Below are positions 47,965-57,719 of a DNA stretch of 64,000 nucleotides, piece after piece (the first letter of the stretch is position 1; every line of letters begins with the position of its first letter). The translations under genes were made by a program, and so were the position numbers. Origin of the DNA: an uncultured Geobacter sp. (GTDB taxonomy: Bacteria > Myxococcota_A > UBA9160 > JADFDR01); contig CAYRID010000002.1 in NCBI GenBank assembly GCA_964424225.1, positions 2,254 to 66,253 of the forward strand, in the 5' to 3' direction. Under the pieces are notes generated by a model. It had not been told where the DNA came from and made no database searches. It saw nothing but the letters and a program-made list of their open reading frames with translations.

Positions 47965-48702
47965 GTGTCGGAGCAAGAAAAAATTCTTACGGGACGAACG
48001 GCGATCGTCACGGGAGCCGGGACGGGGATTGGCGCAGCGGTGTCCAAGGCTTTTGCGGCACAGGGTGCGCACGTTGTGCTCGTGGGGCGACGGCGTATGC
48101 CACTCAATCAGACCGCGAAAGAGATTCACGCTTGTGGCGGTGCTTGTGATGTAGTGCGCGCGGATGTCAGTGACCTCGGTGATGTGCGAAGTCTCTTTAA
48201 AGCAGCAAAGCGGCTCGGTACGGGGCGCGTTGACATCGTCGTGAACAATGCAGGAATTTTGGGGCCGCGTGCGCCGCTCGTGCGTTATCCGCTACGTGCT
48301 TGGGACGAAGTGATGCGTATCAACGCGCGCGGTGCTTTTTTGGTTTTGCAAGAGGCTTTGAAGGCCATGCAGCCCGGTGGTGGTTCAATCGTGAATGTGT
48401 CGTCGAGCGTGGGGCGCCGTGGCCGTGCCGAATGGGGTGCTTATTCAGCATCGAAGTTTGCGATCGAGGCACTCACGCAAATTGCGGCAGAAGAAAATCA
48501 AGGTACAGGAATTCGTGTCAATGCGGTAAATCCGGGAGCTACGCGTACGGCGATGCGGGCGCGGGCGTATCCAAAGGAAAATCCAGTTGCACTTCCGACT
48601 CCGGAAAGTGTTATTCCGGTTTTTTTGTTTCTGGCGAGTGATGAATCGAAAGAAATAAACGGGCAATCGCTTGCTGCGCGTGAGTTTGTTTGGCCAAAGT
48701 AG
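47965..48702 (+). CDS. Short-chain dehydrogenase/reductase (YciK-like)
   Basis: TAIVTGAGTGIGAAV, NNAG, and S...YSASK catalytic motifs. Confidence 0.75.
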   Translation: MSEQEKILTGRTAIVTGAGTGIGAAVSKAFAAQGAHVVLVGRRRMPLNQTAKEIHACGGACDVVRADVSDLGDVRSLFKAAKRLGTGRVDIVVNNAGILGPRAPLVRYPLRAWDEVMRINARGAFLVLQEALKAMQPGGGSIVNVSSSVGRRGRAEWGAYSASKFAIEALTQIAAEENQGTGIRVNAVNPGATRTAMRARAYPKENPVALPTPESVIPVFLFLASDESKEINGQSLAAREFVWPK

Positions 48703-48792
48703 CAGCGACATCCATTCGTGTTGGTTAGTCAGTTCGTGTGTTGTGTGGAAATGCGACTGAAAAAATGCAATGCAGCAAAAGTGGAGAAAAGA

Positions 48793-50532
48793 ATGAAATC
48801 GTTTTGGCGTGTTTTGATCATCTTGGGCTTGCTGCTACTTGGATGGAGCTGGCTTCGAATGCAGTCGCGTGTCGTTGTGGATCCCGGGTCGGTGTTGATC
48901 GTTGAGCTTGGCGGTGTGTACGTCGATGCGCCGGATCCCCCAGTGCTTGCACGTGTGCTGGGTCATGGCTTCGTACCGTTTGCACGCGTGCGCGATCTTT
49001 TTGTCAAGGCGGAGCGCGATTCGCGCATTGAGCGCGTCGTCGTCAAAATTACTCCTCTTGAAATTGGGTGGGCGAAGGCGCAAGAGCTGCGCACGCTCAT
49101 TACACTTCTTCGTGACGCCGGGAGGCATCCCGTTGCATATCTTGAAGTAGAGAGCTTTGGTTCGAACCTTGAATACTATGTGGCGTCGGCGGCAGAAGAA
49201 ATTTATGTCGCACCGGCGACGCGAATGCCTTTCCTTGGTTTGGCCTCGGAGTTTTTGTTTCTCGGTGGCTTGTGGGAAAAACTAGGTATCGAAGTTGAAG
49301 CCGAGCGAATTGGAGAGTACAAGACAGCGGTGGATTCTTTGACGGGCAAAAGTATGTCCGAGGCTCACCGCGAAGTCGCCAATGCAATTCTCGATTCGAT
49401 GGAAGAGCAATTTGTGCAGGCAATCTCGACGTCCAGAAGTGTTACACAAAACGATGTTCGTGATGCTATGCAAGAAGGTCTTGTGACGCTTTCTGCATTG
49501 CAAGAGCGGCATTTGATTGATGGCATTTTGTCTTTCGAGGCATTGCTTGAAAAGTATGGTCAAAATTTACAACAGCTTGAAGAGAGTCAGATCGTTTTTG
49601 ATCATGAATATGCGTCGGTGTCCGCGGAGGAAGTGGGTTGGAATCCGAAGGCGAAGTTTGCGCTGATTTACGCATCGGGCAATGTCGTAACGGGCGAAGC
49701 ACCCAATTCGCTTTCTGGCGAACCGGTGGCGGCGGCGGATACAATCGTCGAGGCGATTCAAGCTGCGGTTGAGGATTCCGAGATCAAAGCGATCGTGCTG
49801 CGCGTCGATAGTCCCGGCGGTTCTCCTCTTGCTTCGGATTTGATTTGGCAAGCGGTCGAGGCCGCGAAAAAAGCGGGCAAACCGGTTGTGGCTTCGTTCT
49901 CTGATCTCGCGGCTTCGGGCGGTTATTACTTGGCGTGCGGTGCCGATCGGATCGTGGTTGAACCCGGCACGTTGACCGGTTCCATCGGTGTTTTTGTCTT
50001 GCGTCCGGTGATTGCAGGCTTGCTCGACAAGCTTGGCATTGCTCACGAAACGCTAACGCGTGGTCAACACGCAGGAATGTTGCTTTCGACTCAAAAGCTT
50101 TCTCCGGCATCGCGTCATAAGCTACAAGAAGATGTGTCGAGTGTGTATGAACAATTTTTGGAGCGCGTAGCGAGTGGGCGCTCCATGTCGCCGCAAGCCG
50201 TCGATGTGCTCGCGCGCGGCCGAGTTTGGACGGGAGTGCAGGCTGTAGAAAAAGGACTTGCCGATCAAGTGGGAGGACTTCGCGAAGCGATGCGCGAAGC
50301 GAAGAAGCTTGCGTCGATTCCGGAGACCGATGACGTTTCGCTCGTGATTTATCCGCCGCACAAGCCGCTGTCCGTACAAATTGCAGAGGCGTTGAATGGT
50401 CAGATGGCGTTTGCTTCCCAGGCGGAGATTTTGCCGCTTCCGCCGCTTCTCAAGAAAGCTGCGCGAGCGGTCGAAACTTGGCCAGAGCCCACGCCGCTCC
50501 TTGTGCTGCCGTTCGTAATCGAAATTCGCTGA
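48793..50532 (+). CDS. sppA: Signal peptide peptidase SppA, 67K (two-domain) type
   Basis: N-terminal TM segment (FWRVLIILGLLLLGWSW). Two ClpP/crotonase-like halves, the second with VASFSDLAASGGYYLACGADRIV. ATG at 48793 follows GGAGAAAAGA. Confidence 0.85.
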   Translation: MKSFWRVLIILGLLLLGWSWLRMQSRVVVDPGSVLIVELGGVYVDAPDPPVLARVLGHGFVPFARVRDLFVKAERDSRIERVVVKITPLEIGWAKAQELRTLITLLRDAGRHPVAYLEVESFGSNLEYYVASAAEEIYVAPATRMPFLGLASEFLFLGGLWEKLGIEVEAERIGEYKTAVDSLTGKSMSEAHREVANAILDSMEEQFVQAISTSRSVTQNDVRDAMQEGLVTLSALQERHLIDGILSFEALLEKYGQNLQQLEESQIVFDHEYASVSAEEVGWNPKAKFALIYASGNVVTGEAPNSLSGEPVAAADTIVEAIQAAVEDSEIKAIVLRVDSPGGSPLASDLIWQAVEAAKKAGKPVVASFSDLAASGGYYLACGADRIVVEPGTLTGSIGVFVLRPVIAGLLDKLGIAHETLTRGQHAGMLLSTQKLSPASRHKLQEDVSSVYEQFLERVASGRSMSPQAVDVLARGRVWTGVQAVEKGLADQVGGLREAMREAKKLASIPETDDVSLVIYPPHKPLSVQIAEALNGQMAFASQAEILPLPPLLKKAARAVETWPEPTPLLVLPFVIEIR

Positions 50533-50562
50533 AGCAAGCGTGAGGCAATCAAAGGAACGAAA

Positions 50563-51012
50563 ATGCGTTTAGAAAAATCATTTCGCGTCGCGCGACCCAT
50601 TGAAGATGTCAGGCTTTTGGTGCGACACGATAATGCGTTGATTGAGCTTTTTCCGAACGCAGAGACTTCGATCGTCGCCAAGCGCGGTACGAGGAAGACG
50701 ACACAAACGCATTACCGCGCGCTTGGACGTGAAGGCGTCGCGACGTTTCATTTTGAATTTGCAAATGACAGTGTCGTGCGCTTTGAAAAAGTTTGCGACG
50801 GTCGCGTTTGGGGGGAATTGCGCGGCGAAGTTTTGCTTGCGCGCAGTGGTGATGATGAAACGCGCGTGACGCTCTCGCTGGAAGGGCGCACGAAAGCGTT
50901 TATTCCCGAATTTACGATCCGCGTACCGATGCAAGAGCAAATCGATGAAATGACGGCATCGCTTCGCAGCTATCTCGAAGAAGTAGAATTCGAAGAAGAT
51001 GCGCCGGCTTAA
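50563..51012 (+). CDS. Hypothetical protein, SRPBCC-like fold suspected
   Basis: 149 aa. The start MRLEKSFRVARPIEDV... and the length are typical of the CoxG/polyketide-cyclase-like SRPBCC family. No functional motif. Confidence 0.45.
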   Translation: MRLEKSFRVARPIEDVRLLVRHDNALIELFPNAETSIVAKRGTRKTTQTHYRALGREGVATFHFEFANDSVVRFEKVCDGRVWGELRGEVLLARSGDDETRVTLSLEGRTKAFIPEFTIRVPMQEQIDEMTASLRSYLEEVEFEEDAPA

Positions 51013-51116
51013 ACATGGTCTCGGATATTCACCCAAGGCCAAAGAGACTATAAACTTTATAGTGTTAGTAAAAGATTCATTGGTTCTGAGTGCGCTTGGC
51101 GTGAGCAATTTTGCCG

Positions 51117-52607
51117 TTAGGCATTGGATTTCTGTGCATGCGCGAAAAGCGCTTTGAATCCGCCTGCAAAGTGGAATGCCTTGAATCCGGCTTTGCGCAT
51201 AAGCTCCGTGAGTTGCGCGCTCTTGAGTCCGATTTCGCAAACGAGCAAATACGTCTTTGCAGGGTCGAAGGCGCGAAAGGCGCGCAACGCGTCTTCGAAT
51301 TCCAGGTGCAACGCGCTCGGATAATGCCAGTTTTGATAAGCTGCCTTTGAACGCAAGTCGAGCACGATGCTTCCGTCGGGAATTTTCTCAATTGCAAGAT
51401 CTGTGCGTGTCGAGAGATCGAGTTCGCGGAGAGGGAGGACGGTGCGAGTTGCCACGGCGTGATCCAAAACTCGCAAATCGAGCTTGGTCTCTTCGGTAAG
51501 AATGACAGGAAGCTTGGCGGCGGTGGCAGGTTTGGTGGGAACCATGGCGCAGTGTTCTGCTACGACGGCGGAAAGATCGTGGACGCCGATCGTACGTGCG
51601 AGTGCAAGGATTTCGTCTTTGTTCATGCCGACGACGGGACGCAAAATGGGCAGTGAGGTGGCTTGTGAAATGACGGCGAGATTTTGCAAAGTCTGCGACG
51701 AAACTTGGCCGACGGCTTCGCCCGTGATGAGGGCCAAAGCTTTGCGTTCGTGTGCGATTTTCTCGGCGGCGCGCAGCATCAAACGCTTGAGCAAAACTTG
51801 CCAGTAGCGTTGTATTGTTTTCTCGCGAAGTTCGCGCATGACGGGTTCGAAGTCGATGGCGTGCAGTACGGGGCGCGTACCGTAGGACCATCGATCGGCG
51901 AGAAATTTTGCGACGCGCAACACAGTTTCTTGATGTTCGCTGCCGCCCATATTGCAGAACACATAATCGAGTAACACACCGCGTTTCAGCATTTGCCACG
52001 CCGCTACTGGCGAATCGAATCCACCCGAAAGCAGTGCCACGGCGCGACCTTCAACACCGAGCGGCAGACCTGCTGGCCCCGCTTGTGATTCGCGAAAGAA
52101 GAATGCACGCCCGGCGTGGAACTCCACATGCACTTCGACTTCGGGATTTTCGAGGTCGACACCGGATGCAAAGGGGAGCAGGGCGGCACCGAGCGCGCGG
52201 GCGACTTCGATCGACTTGAAAAGAGCGTGGCTTTTTTCGCCGACGCGCCGTGCACGTACAGCAAATTTTTTATGGGCAACGAGATCACGAAAAAGTGTTA
52301 CTCCGTTTTCTGTGATGGTGGCGAGCGAGTCACCCGGTGTTTCGATCGTGAGCGCGAGCGACTGGATGCCGAAGACTCGACTGAGTGAGGCCACGGTTTC
52401 GGTTCGCGTTACTTGGGCAAAGATTCGATTGCGTTCGGCGCGGAGCGGTTTGCTGCCGGGGGGAGGCGTTTCGCAGGTCAGAAGTGCGTCGCGAAGATTG
52501 TGTAGTAAGCGATCCGTAAACTGTCGGCGCGTGGGCGGAGCCTTGATGCAAAGCTCTCCTGAAAGCCGCAGGGCAACTTGCGAATTTGCAGTTTCCGTTT
52601 GATGCAC
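51117..52607 (-). CDS. thiI: tRNA 4-thiouridine(8) synthase ThiI with C-terminal rhodanese domain
   Basis: THUMP region, PP-loop ALLSGGFDSPVAAW, and a C-terminal rhodanese with CEIGLKS. GTG at 52607 lies 6 nt after GGAGGA. The listed ORF starts 25 codons earlier. Confidence 0.85.
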   Translation of the reverse strand: MHQTETANSQVALRLSGELCIKAPPTRRQFTDRLLHNLRDALLTCETPPPGSKPLRAERNRIFAQVTRTETVASLSRVFGIQSLALTIETPGDSLATITENGVTLFRDLVAHKKFAVRARRVGEKSHALFKSIEVARALGAALLPFASGVDLENPEVEVHVEFHAGRAFFFRESQAGPAGLPLGVEGRAVALLSGGFDSPVAAWQMLKRGVLLDYVFCNMGGSEHQETVLRVAKFLADRWSYGTRPVLHAIDFEPVMRELREKTIQRYWQVLLKRLMLRAAEKIAHERKALALITGEAVGQVSSQTLQNLAVISQATSLPILRPVVGMNKDEILALARTIGVHDLSAVVAEHCAMVPTKPATAAKLPVILTEETKLDLRVLDHAVATRTVLPLRELDLSTRTDLAIEKIPDGSIVLDLRSKAAYQNWHYPSALHLEFEDALRAFRAFDPAKTYLLVCEIGLKSAQLTELMRKAGFKAFHFAGGFKALFAHAQKSNA

Positions 52608-52734
52608 GGACTTTCCTCCAGTTTTTATCTTTCCGATTTGCGGCCTACGATAGAGCTTTTGCACGACTGCACGCAGGGACATTTCGCAACCATTCAGAGG
52701 GAGATGGAGACTTTCGAAAGTTCATGCGTAGAGG

Positions 52735-52765
52735 TTGACACGAATTTGCAATGGGATTTGCAATG
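52735..52765 (+). promoter_or_regulatory. Candidate sigma-70 promoter for pal overlapping a 10-nt direct repeat
   Basis: TTGACA (52735-52740), 18 nt, TGCAAT (52759-52764). ATTTGCAATG occurs twice (52744-52753 and 52756-52765). Confidence 0.3.
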
Positions 52766-52958
52766 CACGCGGTAGCGCATGGAATCGTTCTTCGAATATC
52801 GCAAGAAAAGTCGCGAAATTTCATTGGAACCTTGTTTTGCTTGTATTGTGTTCCAAGCGTTTTCTGCTAGAAAGATCGGACAGAACAGCGAGAACGGATA
52901 GGCCGTTTCCTGGCTCGGATTTTTCAAAGAACAGAACAAAGAATTGAAAGGGACCATC

Positions 52959-53465
52959 ATGGTTCGACAGAAAGTTTTGCGCTTGGTTTTTGCGTCGTTT
53001 GCCATTGCGTTGATTGCAACGGGTTGTAAGACGACGAAGGGCACTGGAGATGAAGCGGGTGCGGGTGCTGCAGGCGGAGAAGGAACTTCGGGTCGGCACG
53101 GCGTCAGTGTTGAAGACGTTGGTGTTCCGACGGAGCTTCTCAAAACGGTGTACTTTGACTACGACCGCTCGGAGATTCGCAGCGACGCGAAGGCGACGCT
53201 CAAGAACAACGCAGCGGCAATCAAAGAGAACACCACTTGGAAGCAGATCACGATTCAAGGTCACTGCGATGAGCGCGGTAGCGAAGAATACAACCTTGCT
53301 CTTGGTGAGCGCCGTGCGACAGCCGTGAAGAAGTATTTGCTGGCACTCGGTGTTCCCGAGACGCGTCTTGTGACGATCAGCTTCGGTGAGTCGGTGCCGG
53401 CCGTTGATGGTCACACGGAAGATGCTTGGTCGAAGAACCGCCGTGGCGAGTTCTCGGTGAAGTAG
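52959..53465 (+). CDS. pal: Peptidoglycan-associated lipoprotein (OmpA-C domain)
   Basis: Lipobox FAIALIATGC. OmpA-like YFDYDRSEIRSDAKATL...IQGHCDERGSEEYNLALGERRA...NRR. ATG at 52959 follows AAGGGA. Confidence 0.87.
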   Translation: MVRQKVLRLVFASFAIALIATGCKTTKGTGDEAGAGAAGGEGTSGRHGVSVEDVGVPTELLKTVYFDYDRSEIRSDAKATLKNNAAAIKENTTWKQITIQGHCDERGSEEYNLALGERRATAVKKYLLALGVPETRLVTISFGESVPAVDGHTEDAWSKNRRGEFSVK

Positions 53466-53488
53466 CGATTGCTTTGTGCAAGTTGAAA

Positions 53489-53522
53489 GGGGTGCTTCTT
53501 CGAAGCACCCCTTTTTCTTTTT
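53489..53522 (+). terminator. Rho-independent terminator after pal
   Basis: GGGGTGCTTC (53489-53498), loop TTC, GAAGCACCCC (53502-53511), then TTTTTCTTTTT. Confidence 0.85.
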
Positions 53523-53745
53523 CAGCTTTTGCCATTTTGCCCTCTACAATGCTTCGGCGTGTGTTTTTGCATATTTCGATTTGGCGTTCGCAAGGTTGCT
53601 GGCGCAAAACCGGTTATCTCAGTTTTTGCGAAGGGAAAACTGTCCTTTCAGGAAAGAAATTTCTTTGTCTAAGCCTTCCCTCAATCGTGAAACGATTTCC
53701 TTTGCGGACTTTGGTGCAAAGTGGAGTGTTGATCTCTTTGCGCTA

Positions 53746-56733
53746 ATGCTGTTTGTTGAACACATAGGGTCGCTCGCCGTGCTCGACTTTGAAACGACGG
53801 GCCTTGATCCGGCGCAGGGCGCTGAAATTCTCGAAATTGGCGCTGTCTTGCTTGATGCAAAAAGCACGCAGCTTACGACGGTGCATTCGCTAGTGCGGGT
53901 GCAAGGGGAAATTCCGCCGGGGATTACGCGCCTTACGGGGATTTGTCCGGACCACTTGCGCGAGGCACCGCGGATCGAGGAAGTGAAGCAAGAGATTGCA
54001 GATCTTTTACGCGGTCGCGTGATTCTTGCGCACAATGCCGAATTTGAGAAAAAGTTTTTGGGGCGGTGGATTGATTCTGATTTTCAATCCGACACTTTTT
54101 CGAGTAATAACGAAAAAATGCGTTATCTCGATACCCAAGATTTGCTTGCGGTGACTTATCCGGACACGCCAACGCTTCGGCTAGATTGGTTTACGGCGAA
54201 GTTACTTGGGCGCACCGAACAACACCGTGGCCTGGAAGATGCGATCGATACGCTTTGTGTACTGGCGCACATTGCTGAAGGCGCACACCGTGGAAGAGAA
54301 ACACGATACGGTGTTGTGCGAGAAGCGTTGCAAAATTATGCACCGCAGTCGCCATGGCTTGCATTGCTGGCCGACGCAAAGCTGCGCCTCGATTTTGCAT
54401 CGCATGCCGAGTTTATTGAAATTGATCCAACCAAAGAAGTGCCGGTGCCATTTGATGCGGATGCCATTGCAGCGGCGCTTCGCGACGTAGAGCGTGGTCG
54501 TCGTCACTTCGAGAACTATCAGTTTCGCGAAGGGCAAGTTGAGCTTGCACGCAAATTTGTGTTGGCTCTCTCGGGTGATAGCGAAGAAAAAATTACGCTT
54601 CTCGAGGGCGGTACGGGTATTGGGAAGTCCCTTGCCTATCTTGCAGCCGCCATTCCCTATGCGATGGAGACGGCGAAGTCTGGGGATCGCCGCCCCGTGG
54701 TGATTTCGACGCGTACGAAATTGCTCCAGGATCAGCTTCTTAAAAAAGATATTGCCGCCGCTGCACGCTTTTTGGGTTATCCCGATTTGCGCGCGATTGC
54801 CATGAAGGGTCGAGCCAACTATGCCTGCGCCCGACGTTTGCAGTCGGTGTTGGAGGAAGGTTGCGATCGTGGATCCGCTGCCGGCAAGCAAGGGCATCTA
54901 TTTTCCGACGAAGATATGGCATACGCCACGCTTTTTTCAGCGTCACAAATTCGCGTTTCGGGAGAACTTGGCAGTATTGCATCGGGCATTCGCCGTCGTT
55001 TCGTTCCGCTCTCAACTTTGTTGCGCCATTCGGTGTCCTATCGCTCCGATCAATGTACGCGCGAGCAATGCGCCGCGTCTTCGCCGTGTGCCTTTGGCAA
55101 GAAGCGTGCAGCACTTTCTCAGGCCCATTTGATCGTTGCGAATCATGATCTCTTGCTTCGCTGGCCTCCGGATTATCCCTCATTTACACATTTAATTGTC
55201 GATGAAGTGCATGAGCTTGCAGGTGTTGCTGACGAAGCGTATGCACAAGAAGTTGCGCCGGAAGCATTGCTCGATGATTTCGATGAAGCTTTTGGCAATT
55301 TGGGAAAAGGCAAGAAAACGCGTGCGCTCGTGACGAAGAAGCAATTGCAAGTGCTTGGTGAGGAGGAAGTCAGGCGCTGGCGCAGAGAGCTGGATCAAGA
55401 TTCAAAAGCATTGGGTCGGCTTCTGGGGGCGGCGAGCACGGGTTGCGCCGATGAATACGGAGGCGTTCCCGTCTCGGCGTTTCTTCGCCCGGTTGATCCG
55501 ACGGAAAAACGCACCCAGGAAGCGCAAGGAAGGGCTGTGCGTTTCCATAAAAATTTACCAAAGCTGCGAGAGCATGCGGAAATCTTGTCGGGTCGCTTGC
55601 AAAAAATCGCACAAGAATTAGATAAAATTTGCGAAAAAAATACGCAAGATGAGTGCGAGGTTACGACGCTCAATCGTGTCGTATCGAATTTCAAACAAGC
55701 TGCAGAAAATTTGAGTATTGCCTTTTTGGATTCAACACAAAATCATGTCATTTCCTTTGAAGACCTGCGATCTTCGTTCGATCGCTGGCGCTTAGTTTTG
55801 CGCCCTGTTCTACTTGAGGAGCGATTTCGGGAAGAACTTTTATCGAAGCTTGAGTGCTTTGTAGGTGTTTCGGCGAGTCTTTTCGTCGGTGCAAAACGTG
55901 CGAACGGAAATCAGGTCTTGGCACAACATAGTTTTGCCGCGCTCGGTGAAATTGGAATTAGCGCGCAAGAGGTGCAGGTTTTTGCGGTTCCAAGCCCTTT
56001 TCCGTATGTCGAGCAAATGCGTGTCGTCGCGCTCAGGCCCTCCGACGGCATACGCGATTTCTCAGTGCCTGACACCGCCAACGTGGTCAAGTCAAACTCT
56101 ACGCGCGGCTTTGTACAAAACGGTTTTTCCGGTGATGAACTGCTCAAGCGCGAAACGGTGGCGGTGCTTGCGGATCTCGCGCGTACCCTCGACGGCCGCA
56201 CACTGGGTTTGTTTACGAATCTAAAACGCATGAATGAAGTGGCCGATTTGCTCGCCGAAACACTTCGTGAGGATGGGATTGAGATTTTGACACCGCGCGC
56301 GGCGGGGGATGATCCGGCGCAGCTCGTCGAGCGTTTTCGCAAAGGCCGATGCGTACTTTTGGGTGCGCGTTCGTTTTGGCAAGGACTCGATATTGCGGGC
56401 GATGCCTTGCAAGCCGTAGTGATCGAGAAATATCCCTTCGAAGTTCCGACGGAGCTTCGCAAGCGCCGTGAAGCCAGACTAAAAGAGACGGGGATGAACA
56501 CTTTTGAGATCTACACACTGGCGAAGATGATGCTTTATCTCAAGCAGATGGTGGGGCGTTTGATTCGGAGCGAGAATGATCGCGGCATCGTCGTCATCGT
56601 CGAAGGACGTACCGACAAAGGTTATTTCAAAAAACTTGATCGCGCGCTGCCAGCGGGATCAAAAATTTGTGTTGCGCAGCGTTCGGAACTCGGGAAATTT
56701 TTGCGAGAATTAGGAATCGGCAAAAAGCAATGA
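53746..56733 (+). CDS. dinG: DinG-family ATP-dependent helicase with N-terminal DnaQ-like 3'-5' exonuclease domain
   Basis: Exo I LAVLDFETTGLDP, Exo II ILAHNAEFEKKFL, and HRGLEDA. The helicase has Walker A EGGTGIGKSLAYL, DEVH (LIVDEVHEL), and C-terminal QMVGRLIRSENDRG. ATG at 53746 was chosen because the listed ORF start would run across the pal terminator. Confidence 0.8.
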   Translation: MLFVEHIGSLAVLDFETTGLDPAQGAEILEIGAVLLDAKSTQLTTVHSLVRVQGEIPPGITRLTGICPDHLREAPRIEEVKQEIADLLRGRVILAHNAEFEKKFLGRWIDSDFQSDTFSSNNEKMRYLDTQDLLAVTYPDTPTLRLDWFTAKLLGRTEQHRGLEDAIDTLCVLAHIAEGAHRGRETRYGVVREALQNYAPQSPWLALLADAKLRLDFASHAEFIEIDPTKEVPVPFDADAIAAALRDVERGRRHFENYQFREGQVELARKFVLALSGDSEEKITLLEGGTGIGKSLAYLAAAIPYAMETAKSGDRRPVVISTRTKLLQDQLLKKDIAAAARFLGYPDLRAIAMKGRANYACARRLQSVLEEGCDRGSAAGKQGHLFSDEDMAYATLFSASQIRVSGELGSIASGIRRRFVPLSTLLRHSVSYRSDQCTREQCAASSPCAFGKKRAALSQAHLIVANHDLLLRWPPDYPSFTHLIVDEVHELAGVADEAYAQEVAPEALLDDFDEAFGNLGKGKKTRALVTKKQLQVLGEEEVRRWRRELDQDSKALGRLLGAASTGCADEYGGVPVSAFLRPVDPTEKRTQEAQGRAVRFHKNLPKLREHAEILSGRLQKIAQELDKICEKNTQDECEVTTLNRVVSNFKQAAENLSIAFLDSTQNHVISFEDLRSSFDRWRLVLRPVLLEERFREELLSKLECFVGVSASLFVGAKRANGNQVLAQHSFAALGEIGISAQEVQVFAVPSPFPYVEQMRVVALRPSDGIRDFSVPDTANVVKSNSTRGFVQNGFSGDELLKRETVAVLADLARTLDGRTLGLFTNLKRMNEVADLLAETLREDGIEILTPRAAGDDPAQLVERFRKGRCVLLGARSFWQGLDIAGDALQAVVIEKYPFEVPTELRKRREARLKETGMNTFEIYTLAKMMLYLKQMVGRLIRSENDRGIVVIVEGRTDKGYFKKLDRALPAGSKICVAQRSELGKFLRELGIGKKQ

Positions 56734-56735
56734 AA

Positions 56736-56763
56736 AATAGGGAATAAGGAATAGGGAATAAGT
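56736..56763 (+). repeat. 14-nt tandem duplication inside a roughly 60-nt polypurine tract
   Basis: AATAGGGAATAAGG (56736-56749) is followed directly by AATAGGGAATAAGT (56750-56763). Positions 56733-56795 are almost entirely A/G on the plus strand. Confidence 0.8.
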
Positions 56764-56795
56764 AGAGAAGAAGGGCAGAGAGGGGGAGAGCAGGC

Positions 56796-57569
56796 ATGGC
56801 AAGCTTGCAAGGCCGAAACATTATTGTGACAGGGGCCGGTTCGGGAATTGGCAAAGCCATTGCGCGGCGCTTGGTGCACGAAGGTGCGCGCGTTGGCCTG
56901 CTCGGGCGTACGCGTGCCAAAATCGAGCATCTCCAAACGAGTCTTGGCAGCCAAGCACTTGCGGTCGAGGCCGATGTGCGAAGCCGCGATTCGCTCGAAC
57001 GCGCTTTTCAGGTCGTGGCCAAGAAATTTGGCCCCCTGCATGCCGTGATCGCGAGCGCAGGCATTGCGGGCTCGAATACGTCGCAAGCACTGGTCGATCG
57101 TTGGGATGAGATCGTGCGCACGAATCTCGATGGCACGTATTTCACTTTTCGCGCTTTTGAAAAAATGATGGATCGTGCTGCGTCCGTGCGTCATGCGATT
57201 GCGATCTCGTCGTGCCTTGCGCGTTTTGGCGTGTCGGGCGGCACGGCTTATTGTGCAAGCAAGGCGGGAGTCCTCGGGCTTGTGCGCGCTTTTGCGGTGG
57301 AGTGGGCTTCGCGGCAGCCGGTTTTGGTGAATGCGATTTGCCCAAGCTGGGTTGAAACGCCGATGATGGAGCATCGCATGCAAGAGATTGCCCAAGAGAC
57401 GAGCCAGTCCGTTTCGCAGACGATGCAAGAAATGGTGGATCAGACTCCCTTGCAGCGCATGACGGACCCCGATGAGATTGCCGATTTGGTGTTTTTCCTC
57501 CTCTCGCCGGGTGGACGTTCTTTTACGGGGCAAAGTTTCGATCCAAATAATGGAGTTTGGATGGGTTGA
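56796..57569 (+). CDS. Classical short-chain dehydrogenase/reductase
   Basis: IIVTGAGSGIGKAIA, a mid-region ASAG (variant of NNAG), and S...YCASK. Confidence 0.75.
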   Translation: MASLQGRNIIVTGAGSGIGKAIARRLVHEGARVGLLGRTRAKIEHLQTSLGSQALAVEADVRSRDSLERAFQVVAKKFGPLHAVIASAGIAGSNTSQALVDRWDEIVRTNLDGTYFTFRAFEKMMDRAASVRHAIAISSCLARFGVSGGTAYCASKAGVLGLVRAFAVEWASRQPVLVNAICPSWVETPMMEHRMQEIAQETSQSVSQTMQEMVDQTPLQRMTDPDEIADLVFFLLSPGGRSFTGQSFDPNNGVWMG

Positions 57570-57719
57570 GCGGCGTCGATTTGCACTTCCGCAATGGACT
57601 GAAATCGCGCCAAAGTTTTGCCCCCGCGCACTTGGATTCGTATACTCGCGACGCTTTTCTGCGGGCTTGGCGGTTTTTCAGAATTTCATTCGCAGTTTTT
57701 CGCGAAAAAGGAGAGATGA

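Noticed and set aside
51047-51063. 17-nt palindrome ACTATAAACTTTATAGT between the convergent SRPBCC-like and thiI genes
   Set aside because: The loop is too short for a good RNA hairpin and there is no flanking T-run. It is probably a weak terminator or a chance AT-rich palindrome, so I did not raise it to a finding.
52608-52682. Upstream ATG start for thiI
   Set aside because: There is no RBS. A GGAGGA followed 6 nt later by GTG at 52607 gives a normal-length ThiI N-terminus. This remains uncertain without experimental data.
53476-53745. N-terminal 90 codons of the listed DinG ORF
   Set aside because: It would start inside or read through the strong pal terminator (53489-53522), and it encodes Phe/Cys-rich low-complexity sequence. 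The exonuclease motif begins right after the ATG at 53746.
56736-56763. CRISPR-like or minisatellite array
   Set aside because: There are only two adjacent 14-nt copies with no spacers. No repeat-spacer periodicity occurs anywhere in the window.
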